Assembly (NCBI RefSeq): GCF_026210795.1
Contig: NC_089434.1
Span: forward strand, 4,402,001-4,466,000
From: Rhizophagus irregularis
Lineage: Eukaryota
DNA: 64,000 nucleotides
Direction of reading: 5' to 3'
Each line of letters starts with the position of its first letter. Position 1 is the stretch's first letter. The translations under genes were made by a program, and so were the position numbers. The notes beneath the pieces are model-generated. The model was not told the origin of the DNA. It worked only from the letters and a program-made list of their open reading frames with translations, and did not search any database. Shown one piece after another: positions 1 through 10,590 of the stretch.

Positions 1-800
1 CTCTTAGAAAATTCTCAATCAAAAAATGCCCTAAACGATCCCCTTAATTAAAAAATTCAAAAAATAATTTCCCTAAACGAACTCAGAAAATTCTCAATCA
101 AAAAATGCCCTAAACGATCCCCTTAATTAAAAAATTCAAAAAATAATTTCCCTAAACGAACTCTTAGAAAATTCTCAATCAAAAAATGCCCTAAACGATC
201 CCCTTAATTAAAAAATTCAAAAAATAATTTCCCTGAACAAACTCTTAGAAAATTCTCAATCAAAAAATGCCCTAAATGATCCTTTTAGTTAAAAAATTCT
301 TGAAAACCTATTTCCCAAACAAATTCTTAGAAAATTCTCTATCAAAAATGTTCCAAACGTTCCCTTTAATTAAAAAATTCTCAAAAACAATCTCTCCAAA
401 CGAATCATTAGAAAATTCTCTATCAAAAATGTCCTAAGCGATCCCCTTAATTAAAAAATTCAAAAAATAATTTCCCTAAACGAACTCTTAGAAAATTCTC
501 AATCAAAAAATGCCCAAATGATCCTTTTAGTTAAAAAATTCTCAAAAAACCATTTCCCAAACAAATTCTTAGAAAATTCTCTATCAAAAAATGTTCCAAA
601 CGGTCCCTTTAGTTAAAAAATTCTCAAAAATAATCTCTCCAAACAAATCTTTAGAAAATTCTCTATCAAAAATGCTCTAAATGATCCTCTTAGTTAAAAA
701 AATAATTTTTCCAAACGGACTCTTAAAAAATTTCTCAAAAAAATCTATCTAAAAGTTTCTTAAATAAAATCCCTATTAAATATTATTCAAATGGACTTTT
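1..800. repeat. AT-rich tandem satellite, ~80-bp unit built of ~20/40-bp A-tract subunits
   Basis: Repeated ctcttagaaaattctcaatcaaaaaatgccctaaacgatccccttaattaaaaaattcaaaaaataatttccctaaacgaa, degenerating to the right. Confidence 0.9.
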
Positions 801-1099
801 AAAATTTCTTAGAAAATTATTTATAAAAATTATCTAAAAAATGAATTTAAATAAAAAATTTTAGTTGAAACGGATTATATATAATACAGTACGTTGTACA
901 AAATAAAAATCTTACGTATTAAAATTTACATATCGGGTACCTGATATGTGTAAGATAGATCAATGCCCGATATACAATATCAGTGACTAATAGCTTAACT
1001 ATCGGGTACCCGATATGTAAAAATACCCGATATTTATCCGATTAGCCACCGATATATAGGTGCCCGATATGTACCCGATAGAATTGATTTTGACCAGTG
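1..1099. mobile_element. Right part of a CACTA-type element inserted into the transposase gene (left end outside the window)
   Basis: Terminus ttttgaccagtg at 1088-1099 (reverse complement CACTGGTCAAAA) resembles the other CACTA termini here. Palindromic subterminal repeats tatcgggtacc(c)gata lie at ~930-1080. The transposase-like reading (...FVRACSL) breaks off at this junction. Confidence 0.7.
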
Positions 1100-1467
1100 C
1101 AAGGAACAGGCTCTTACGAAATTTCCTAAAATTTCACGATCATTCACTGATAGCAAATCCCACATTATTGGTGTTGAATACACCAAAATGAAGGTTTTCC
1201 ACTGATCAGCAGTGAATCCAGAAAAACCTTCCCCTATCGATATTTTATTTGGAATTCGACCCATGTTGGCTGGCAGTTTAATAGCTTCCACTCATTTTTC
1301 CATAATTTTAAGATCGTCCTTAGATATTTTTCCTCCATCAATCCATAAACGTTTTACAATCCAGCTGGCAATTCCGAGAAATAAATTATGCATTGGGTCT
1401 ACGACGCAATGTCTGATTGGATTGAAGTAGGGTAATCTTAACGATTCTGTCCACCTAACAAGATTAT

Positions 1468-4077
1468 CACTAGTCGAAAAAGGAATATTCGGCCTTAATA
1501 CAATTTGGCCTATATTCGACTAGAATTAATAAAATTCGACTTCAATTAGTAAAGATCTACGATTAGACATATATTCAACCTAGTTGAATTATGTTAATCA
1601 AACGTTATGCATTACGCGATACGCGTATTAAAATAAAAGTTTAAAAAAGGATGATCCTTTTTTAAACTTTTTAATTTTCTTCCTTCCCTCCTCGCCCTTT
1701 CCCTTCCTTCGTTCCCCTTTTCCTTCGTTCCAGTTTCTCTTCTTCCCCTTTCCCTCCCTTCGTTCTCCTTTCCCTTCCTTCGCTTTTCCCTTCCTTACCC
1801 TTTCCCCTTTCCTTTCGTCACTTATCTCCTTCGAAGGTATACATATACCTTCGAATTTTTACTTTTTTTAACAAAACGTTTCACTAACATTTTCATTTTT
1901 TTCTTTTTTAGATTCAAAACGCCCATTTAAAAGGCTCGGGTGGGCTTCCGAAGTATGGAAAAACCAAGTTTCGTAAGTACGAAACTTGGTTTATTTATTT
2001 ATTTTTTTTTAATTTAGTATGAACGGTTACTAACCGTTCTTTTATTACTTTTTTTAGATTCGGCCGTTCGGGTGGGCTTCCGAAGTATGGAAAAACCAAG
2101 TTTCGTAAGTACGAAACTTGGTTTATTATTTTTTTTTTAATTTAATATGAACGGTTACTAACCGTTCTTTTTTTACTTTTTTTTTAGGTTCAGCCGTTCG
2201 GGTGGGCTTCCGTGTTCCGAAGAACGGGAAAATTCCAAAGATTCGTAAGAATCTTGGATTTTTTTTTTATTTTTTAAAAAAATATTATGAAAATATTATG
2301 AACGGTTACTAATAACCGTTCTTTTCTATTTTTTAGGATCGGGTGGGCTTCCGAAGAACAGAAAACCAAGAAACCAAGATTCATAAGTAAGTACGAATCT
2401 TGGTTTAATTTTTTTGTTTTTTTTTTAATATATGAACGGTTTACTAATAACCGTTCTTTTCTTTTTTTTAGGATCGGTGGGCTTCCGAAGAACGAAAACC
2501 CAAAGATTCGTAAGTACGAATCTTTAATTTTTGTTTTTATTTATTATTATTACGAATGGGTTACTAACCATTCTTTCTTTTTTTTTAGGTTCAGGTGGGC
2601 TTCCGAAGAATGAAAACCCAAAGATAAAGATTCGTAAGTACAGTACGAATCTTTATATATTTTTTATTTTTATTTTTTTTTATCATTTTGGAACGGTTTA
2701 CTAACCGTTCCTTTCTTTTTTATAGGTTCGGGCGGGCTTTTGTGTGGAAAAACCAAGATTCGTAAGTATGAATCTTGGTTTAATTTTTTTAATTTTTTTT
2801 TTTTTAATATTAATGAACGGTTACTAATAACCGTTCTTTTTTTTTAGGATCGGGTGGAGTGGGCTTCCGACCTTCGGGAAAAGAAGAACCAAGATTCGTA
2901 AGTACGAATCTTGGTTTATTTTTTTTAATTTTTTTTTTTAATATTACGAACGGTTACTAATAACCGTTCCTTTCTTTTTTTTATAGGTTCGGGCGGGCTT
3001 TTGTGTGGAAAAACCAAAACCAAGATTCGTAAGTACGAATCTTGGTTTATTTTTTTTTGATTTTTTTTTTCAATATTAATGAACGGTTACTAATAACCGT
3101 TCTTTCTTTTTTTTAGGATCGGGTGGAGTGGGCTTCTGACCTTCGGGAAAAGAAGAACCAAGATTTGTAAGTACGAATCTTGGTTTATTTTTTTTAATTT
3201 TTTTTTTTAATATTACGAACGGTTACTAATAACCGTTCCTTTCTTTTTTTTATAGGTTCGGGCGGGCTTTTGTGTGGAAAAACCAAGATTCGTAAGTACG
3301 AATCTTGGTTTATTTTTTTTTGATTTTTTTTTTCAATATTAATGAACGGTTACTAATAACCGTTCTTTCTTTTTTTTAGGATCGGGTGGAATGGGCTTTC
3401 GACCTTCGGGAAAAGAAGAACCAAGATTCGTAAGTACGAATCTTGGTTTATTTTTTTGATTTTTTTTTTAATATTATTATGAACGGTTACTAATAACCGT
3501 TCTTTTCTTTTCTTTTTAGGTCTCGGGTGTCTCGGGTGTCTTCTGAAGAACGGAAAAAACCAAAGATTCGTAAGTAAGTACGAATCTTGGTTTTTTTTCT
3601 TATTTTTTTAATATTATGAACGGTTACTAACCGTTCTTCTCTTTTTTTTATAGGTTCGGGTGGATTGCTAAAGAACAATCAAAGATTCGTATATACGAAT
3701 ACATGAATCATGTAATTGTGGAATTGTATTTGAATTAACAATATTTTTTGTAAATTAGATAGATGCAATAATAATAATATAATTATAAAGTATTTAAGCA
3801 TTAATAAATACATTTATTTAATAAATTTGATAAAAAAAATCAAAATAAATTCATAAATAAATGGGTTGTTATTAGACCATAATTCGGCTTAAAGTTTTAA
3901 GGTCGAATATTGGTCAATTTAAACCTAAATAATGGTCGAATAATTAGTCCGAATTTGGGACGATTGGCATCCTAAATGCGCCCAAAAATTCGACCTCAAT
4001 TTGACACAGGTTAGACCATTATTCGACCTATATTCAACCTGGTCAAATTTAGGCGAATTGTCCTTTTTTGACTAGTG
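1468..4077. mobile_element. Non-autonomous CACTA element (2.6 kb) with 3-bp TSD
   Basis: TIRs cactagtcgaaaaagga (1468) and tccttttttgactagtg (ends 4077). TSD tat at 1465-1467 and 4078-4080. Subterminal attcgac/gtcgaat repeats at both ends. Confidence 0.95.
1830..3700 (+). repeat. Tandem array of ~14 micro-exon plus hairpin-intron units (~125-140 bp each)
   Basis: Donors (mostly GTAAGT) at 1837, 1973, 2105, 2245, ~2387, 2510, 2634, 2762, 2898, 3029, 3167, 3292, 3430 and 3570. Each is followed by an ACTAAC/ACTAAT branch site and a poly-T-AG acceptor. Exons are roughly 35-60 nt. Confidence 0.85.
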
Positions 4078-6489
4078 TATTTGAAACATGCTGATTTCTT
4101 TCATCTTTTGTTTTGCAATTATGCCATGCAATAGCATTTTGTCGGAAATCTTCTAAATCCCTTGGTTTAAACCAATCAGTCATATCATCGAAATTACCAA
4201 AATTACCATTGTTAGCTCATTTGTAGCACCGATGACAAGCTGCCAACGCTGATATATGGCCACATAATTTTCTTGCAGCAGGAATATCGCTACTGCAACA
4301 GATAATTGCCATTTGTACTGTTTTGCCAGTTGAATTATTTGGCGTTTTTATAATGACTCCTGTCCAAAATTCGAGTAATTCCGTAACAATTGGCAATAAA
4401 AAATGATTTATGTTATCTGCATGTACTTCGTGCGGTCCTGGAAGTAGTCCTAGGATTAGCATATTCTCCTGTCTAAATCGTATTTCACGAGGAAGATTGC
4501 ATATTACCCCATAAATCACACCCGTACTATATATTGTTCGATCGAAAGGTTGAAACCAATCGAGGTTAATCATTATTCCTAGATTGGAATCAGCGAGTTC
4601 GGGCGTAAAAAATAGGGTATCATCTGACTTGAATGTTTTCCAAACCTCTCCATCATAAATGTCTGCTAATATATCTCCGTTAACATGCCGATTTGCCCAT
4701 TTTGCTAAATTTTGTTCGAAATTAGGACGTTGATACATAGTAAAAATTTGTGTTTTTAAATCTGACATAGGGAATACTATGCGAGGACGCTTTATATAAC
4801 CATTATTTACTGGAACGTTCTTTAGCAATTCCTCTCCGCAAACCTCCCTATACTTTTTCATCAGATGTTTAGGAAACTCAACTCGACTACACTTGAGTCC
4901 TGGTGAGTGGTGACGCTTCCGTTACTTATTCATTTTGTCCTAAAATTTCCCCAATTTTATACAGATTGTTACATTTTGGGCACACAGCATATGTTTTTGT
5001 TGCCTTGTCAATGCGTAGCAATTTCTTTGCAGAATAGGATGAGGATGGGAAATTAGCAAATCTTTTTGAATCAGCATCTTTCAATACTTGGCTAAAGAAT
5101 CCAATCAAGGAAGATATGGAAACCTCGGAATGACGGAATCTTGATTGATACTTAAATATCCATATAAGTATCCAAGATTCAGAAAATTCTACATCTGAAT
5201 CAGCACACATGAAATTTTCATTATCGCCAAAATCCTCTAATTCAGGAGCAGCGAATCATTCATCATCAGCAGAAGTTTCATCATTCAAGTCTTCACTTTG
5301 GTCATCATCAATCGGTGAGCTGAAGCCAGTATCTTTGTTATCAAGTTCATCAATCAATACATCATTAACAGCCGATTCTACTGCTTTAAATTTCTCTTTT
5401 CTTTCTCATTTAGTCGGGATGTGAATTGGTTCTTGCGATTCGGATGTTGATGAACTTAATAAACCCGATGAACTTGAGGATGCGTTTGAAGTTTCATCAT
5501 CATTATTGTCTATTTGAACTCGCTTTGATACTGATTTACTGACCTTTGTAGATCTTGATGAACGATTCATTTGCTCATATTCAGCCTCGTGTTTTACTTT
5601 TGTTCTTGGATCAACTAATTTTCCGTTACATTCATCACAATGACACGAGACTTTTTTTCTGGGTTTGATTGCAGGTTTTGGTGGCATATTATTATCAATT
5701 GCAATATATCAGATTATAACTTATTATTCAAGATAGAATCGGTACGCGTTATATCGGAATTGACTCAATAATTTTTCTTAATACTGAAAGTTCGCTGTTA
5801 CGTTAATCAATCGGTATAAAATTCATATTAATTAAGTAAATTTAGTATAGTATTAGATTAATTATTCCGATTTATTCAAAATTAAGCAAAGTTTAATAGT
5901 ATTAGATTATATCACTCGATTTGTTTAGAAAATAGTTTAATAGTATAAGTTAAATAGTTTAATAGTATAAGTTAGCTTAATAGTATATCTGGAGTAATTA
6001 AATTAATCAAAAGAAAAACTGATCAAAAAAATAGACATAAAAAGGCCATTTTTTCTTAAAAAAAAAAATTCTTCCTTTTTCTTGTTTGTTAATTTTTGGT
6101 ACAATAATAATTCTTTTACAATAATCTTTTATTATGGAACAAAGTCATAAAAGTGATAGGTCAGGTAGAAGCCATACCAGATTACATACTAAAAGTCGTC
6201 GAACCAGCAGAAGCCGAACCAAATCACATCATCGAACTGGCAGAAGCCGTACCAGATCACATACTAAAAGTCGTTGAACCAGCAGAAGCCGAACCAGATC
6301 ACATCATTGAACTGGCAGAAGCCGTACCAGATCAAATACCAAAAGTCGCACCCAAAGTCATACCAATGAAAGGGAGAATGGTCCATTCCATTTGGTTTTA
6401 CCCTGAATTGGAGCATGCCTACGAAATTGGTAAGCTTCATTCCAATCGGTTACATTCTGTACTGTGTAACATATTTATGTATAATGATG

Positions 6490-6730
6490 AAACCTCAACA
6501 ATTTTATCGTCTATTTGTTAACGATATGAAACTATTTAACGCTTTTTCATCTGTTTGTTAACAATTATCTGAGTATTTAACGAAATCTCAACAATTTTAT
6601 CATCTATTCGTTAACGATATGAAACTATTTAACGCTTTTTCGTCTGTTTTGTTAACAATTATCTGAGTATTTAACGAAATCTCAACAATTTTATCGTCTA
6701 TTCGTTAACGATATGAAACTATTTAACGAA
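6490..6730. repeat. ~93-bp tandem repeat inside intron 1
   Basis: ctcaacaattttatcgtctatt(c)gttaacgatatgaaactatttaacg... repeated about 2.5 times. Confidence 0.85.
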
Positions 6731-6849
6731 CTAACTATTTACCAATTTTTCATTTAAGAAAAAAATTCAAAAATTTCTACTAGTGAAAGCAATCGGCTGA
6801 CATATTTGCTAGAATGTTTGAGGAAATATGATGAAGATAATCAAACTAA

Positions 6850-7410
6850 GATGTCAGAATCGAACGCCAAACTCCAGGATACATCATCATCATCCATTAA
6901 AGCTTCCAACATACCTACCGAAATTGTTTCTTCTGATAGTAATGAGAGCGGTAAAGAGCAAACATCAAAGATATCAGAATCGAGCGCCAAACTCCAGGAT
7001 ACATCATCATCATCCATTAAAGCTTCAAACAAACCCACTGAAATTGTTTCTTCTGATAGTAATGAGAGTGGTAAAAAAGAGCAAACATCAAAGATATCAG
7101 AATTAAATACTAAACTCCAGAATACATCATCATTATTTATTAAAGCTTCTATTAAACCCACCGGATTTGTTTCTTCTGATGATGAGAGCGGTAAAGAGCA
7201 AACATCAAAGGTACCAGAATCGAGCGCCAAACTCCAGGATACATCATCATCATTATTTATTAAAGATTCCAGGAACAAACCCACCGAATTTGTTTCTTCT
7301 GATGATAAGAGCGGTAAAGAGCAAACATCAAAGGTACCAGAATCAAGCGCCAAACTCCAGGATACATCATCATCATTATTTATTAAAGATTTTAGGAACA
7401 AACCCACCAG
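6850..7410 (+). repeat. ~120-bp coding tandem repeat (~40 aa, about 4.5 copies)
   Basis: SESSAKLQDTSSSSIKASNKPTEIVSSDSNESGKEQTSK-type unit repeated in ORF 6806..7591. Confidence 0.9.
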
Positions 7411-8304
7411 ATTTGATCATCAACCAAGTAAAAAGAAATCCAAGATGCCCGAGAAGTCTAAGAAATCATCTTCCATTAAAGCTTTTAACAAATCTACTGA
7501 GGTCGTTTCTTCTGATGATGAAAGCCACCAACCAAAAAAAAATAGCAAGAATAGCAAAAAGAAATCCAAATCTAAGAAGTCTAAGAAGTAAAGAAAACGA
7601 AAACAATCAACTTTTCGATCAGATTCTCGGTCAAATTCAAGTTCAGAGAGAACTAGCGGATTGGAAACTGATTCTAGTCCAGCTGCTCCCAGGAAAGTAA
7701 CTTATCACAGTTTAACAGAATTACCAAAAGATACGAAAGATAACTTGCGTGTAAGTAATTATTTTATTTTGAATTTATTTAAATGCATAAAACTAACACA
7801 AATAAATATTTAGCGAGAAGTAAAATGGAATATCAAACGAATGCCTACAGGCAGTCAACTCGACATCAATAAAACTTTCGAGTCGCAGAAGGATCTGGTA
7901 ACGAAAATAATTATTCCCGCTCTATTCAAAGTGTTAGATACCAATACGTATCCGGTTAGTGAAGGCGTGCTATACGAAATGATTCATCAGCGCCACCGCC
8001 ATCAGAGAGAAGATTTATTAAAAAAAGAGAAATCCGAATTTGAGCGAACTGAAGAAACCAAAAGAAAACATGGCAATTCACGCCGAAGCGAGGTAATATT
8101 ATATTAATTGAGTTTATTTATGAAACATTAGCTAATTAGCCATTAAAATTGAGAGAATAGAAACGAATAAGACGAACGAACATGGTCAGACATTTACAAC
8201 TATTAGACGATCCAATTGTCTCAAAGTTAAAGAAATCGGAACTCAATCCAATCATGTTAGAAAATGCATATCATAGTCCGGAGGAGTCCGAAGTTAATTC
8301 GGAC

Positions 8305-9261
8305 TAGAGCTCCGAACAGGTCAGCCAAATTCAGGTAACCTGACCTGACCTGACCTGAAATTCAGGTCAGGTATGAGATTTTTAAAAAAAATTCAGGTCA
8401 GGTATGAAGATTGACCTGACCTGATTGACCTGTTGACCTGAAACTATTGATTCTACTATATAATAAAAGTGAGTTGCAGTATTGCGGTTCACTTTTTTAT
8501 ATAGATTCTATATAAAAAAAGTGAGTTGCGGTATTGCGATTCACTTTTTTATATTAATTTCATATAATAAAAGTGAGTTGCGATATTGCGATTTACTTTT
8601 TTATATTAATTCTATATAAAAAAAGTGAATTGCAATACCGTAACTCACTTTTTTTATATAGAATCTATATAAAAAAGTGAATCGCAATACCGCAACTCAC
8701 TTTTATTATATGAAATCAATATAAAAAAGTGAATCGCAATACCGCAACTCACTTTTTTTATATAGAATCTATATAAAAAAGTGAATCGCAATACCGCAAC
8801 TCACTTTTTTTATACAAAATCAATATAAAAAAGTGAATCGCAATACCGCAACTCACTTTTTTTATATTAATTCTATATAAAAAAAGTGAATTGCAGTATT
8901 GGGATTCACTTTTTTATGATTTTAATATAAAAATATTGAATTGCAATATTTTGAGAAAAAACGTTGCAAAAACGTTTTTTCATAATATTATATTAAAAAA
9001 ATGTTTCGTAACATTTTTTTTTTTGATATTTCAATAATAACGTTGCGAAAACATTTTTTTCATAATGTTATATTAAAAAAAAAAAGTTTTGTACCGTTTT
9101 TTTTCAATACTTAATAAAAATAGTCCTGAAATTTTTCAGGTTTCAGGTCAGGTCAGGTCAAACAGACAACCTGATATAACCTGACCTGACCTGACCTGAA
9201 AAAAAATTTCAGGTCAGGTTTATCAATTAACCTGACCTGACCTGACCCATTCGGAGCTCTA
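8305..9261. mobile_element. hAT-type MITE (957 bp), 8-bp TSD
   Basis: TIR tagagctccgaa...ttcggagctcta. TSD attcggac at 8297-8304 and 9262-9269. Subterminal tgacc arrays and internal ~41-bp palindromic repeats. Confidence 0.95.
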
Positions 9262-10189
9262 ATTCGGACAATGATTCAAATGAAAATCGTATTGTAATAC
9301 GAGATATCAAGTGGAGAAGCGATTGCGTAAGTAAATAATTTTCGCAAATTGTACATTATATTAGCTACTTTGGTAATCCGATTGTATTTTTTAGTTGCGA
9401 ATGTTTTTAAGAAACTATTTGGACGTATTATTTTATCAGGAAACAGTTGATAAAAGAAGACGAAAATGAGTTTTCAATAATTCTCAGTATGCTCTGGGGG
9501 AGGAAACTGCTCCATTAAACGCACCTCGATGGACGAGATCTGGATACAAAGGATCGATGTTATCGATTATAACCGGGGAGTTAAAGAAATATAGAAAAAA
9601 TGATGATGATGATGATATTGGACACCATTCAAGAAAGAAACCAAAATCGGTTGAAGGGATCCATAATGTCAAATAAAATTCTTATTAAAATTCTTATATA
9701 AAATTTAATTAACTATCATAATATATTAGTCATATAGAATATTTTAGACTAGTAGTATTAATATTACAAATATTCTGGTAATTTTACATCTAATAATATA
9801 TAATAAATTGAAATTAATTAATTGCGTGTAATATAAATCTGATATAATAAATTGATAAATTAAGTAGCAATTTGGAATCAATCGAAAGCATGTATTGATT
9901 CTATATTTTAATTTTTTTTACAATCGGACATAGCCTATTGATTACTTTTTAATAAATTATGTGTATATATTGATATAATTAACCAAAATGACATCAATCG
10001 GTAAGCTACTAAATAAGAAAAATGGATAACAATAGGTTAATCTAACAAATAAATAAAAAAAAACTGGATAACAATAAGGTCAATCCTATTGATATCCAGT
10101 TGCGAACGAATAGGTACCCTATTGATAACCTTACCCTGCACGATTGGGGCCATTTTATAGTTACCAATCGGGTACCCTGCAAAAATAAA

Positions 10190-10265
10190 TAAAAAAAATC
10201 GGGGACCATCTAGGTCCTTTTAGGATAGCCTAGATGGTCCCCGATTTGGCAGCTTTTGACCTGTG
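10190..10265. mobile_element. Right terminus of the host CACTA element carrying the transposase and second gene
   Basis: ttttgacctgtg ends at 10265 (reverse complement CACAGGTCAAAA). It is preceded by the inverted repeat atcggggaccatctagg...cctagatggtccccgat. Confidence 0.65.
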
Positions 10266-10590
10266 ATATGCAACATATCGAACATGTCAAACATATTCGA
10301 CATTGATCGGCATCACAGGTCCAGTTATATCATATGATTGCTGCGCAACATTTTACTGCGTAACACTATGATAAATAAATAAACAAATAAATTAATCACA
10401 AGTCACGTGATAGGGTAGCAATGACATCGCACGTGCGATGAATAAATTTTTTCTATTGGTAAAACGAAATGGAAATTGTTGTAAGTTCAGAGCAAAAAAA
10501 GATAAACTCAGATTTGCAATTTTATTGGATGGCATCACCTAAAGGGACATGTGATCGATCATTTTCCATAAATTTTTTACCCTAGTATCA

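Larger units (their letters stand above)
1100..5687 (-). pseudogene. CACTA/EnSpm (Transposase_21-like) transposase pseudogene, split by the insertion at 1468-4077
   Basis: N-terminal CHCDEC; YAVCPKC; DIYDGEVW, NLDWFQPF, NLPREIRF, GLLPGP and DIPAARKLCGH motifs. Removing 1468-4080 joins ...ERNQHVSNNLVRWTESLRLPYFNPIRHCVVDPMHNLFLG in frame, followed by FTADQWK. Several in-frame stops and one frameshift (~4910). Confidence 0.9.
6134..9676 (+). pseudogene. Spliced second (accessory, TnpA-like position) gene of the CACTA element: RS-rich N-terminus, Ser/Lys-rich repeats, conserved-looking C-terminus
   Basis: ATG at 6134. GT-AG introns at 6430-6783, 7751-7813, 8093-8160 and ~9328-9394 keep one frame (MEQSHKSDRSGRS...CESNRLTYLLECL...REVKWNIKRMPTG...NAYHSPEESE...KWRSDCLRMFLRNYLD...APLNAPRWT...HNVK*). 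It has in-frame stops and is interrupted by a hAT MITE. It is divergent from the transposase. Confidence 0.75.

Noticed and set aside
1830..3700. CRISPR-like array of palindromic repeats
   Set aside because: The intervening sequences are homologous rather than unique spacers, there are no cas genes, the context is eukaryotic, and the units parse as exon-intron pairs.
6153..6521. ORF-track protein MIGQVEAIPD...
   Set aside because: It is a shadow frame. The ATG at 6134 and the donor at 6430 define a different frame that splices correctly to the next exon.
6828..7700. His-rich ORFs 6828..7106 and 7167..7700, and antisense ORF 6841..7407
   Set aside because: These are alternative frames of the coding tandem repeat.
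8440..8920. CRISPR-like palindromic ~41-bp repeats
   Set aside because: There are no spacers, and the repeats lie within a TSD-bounded hAT MITE.
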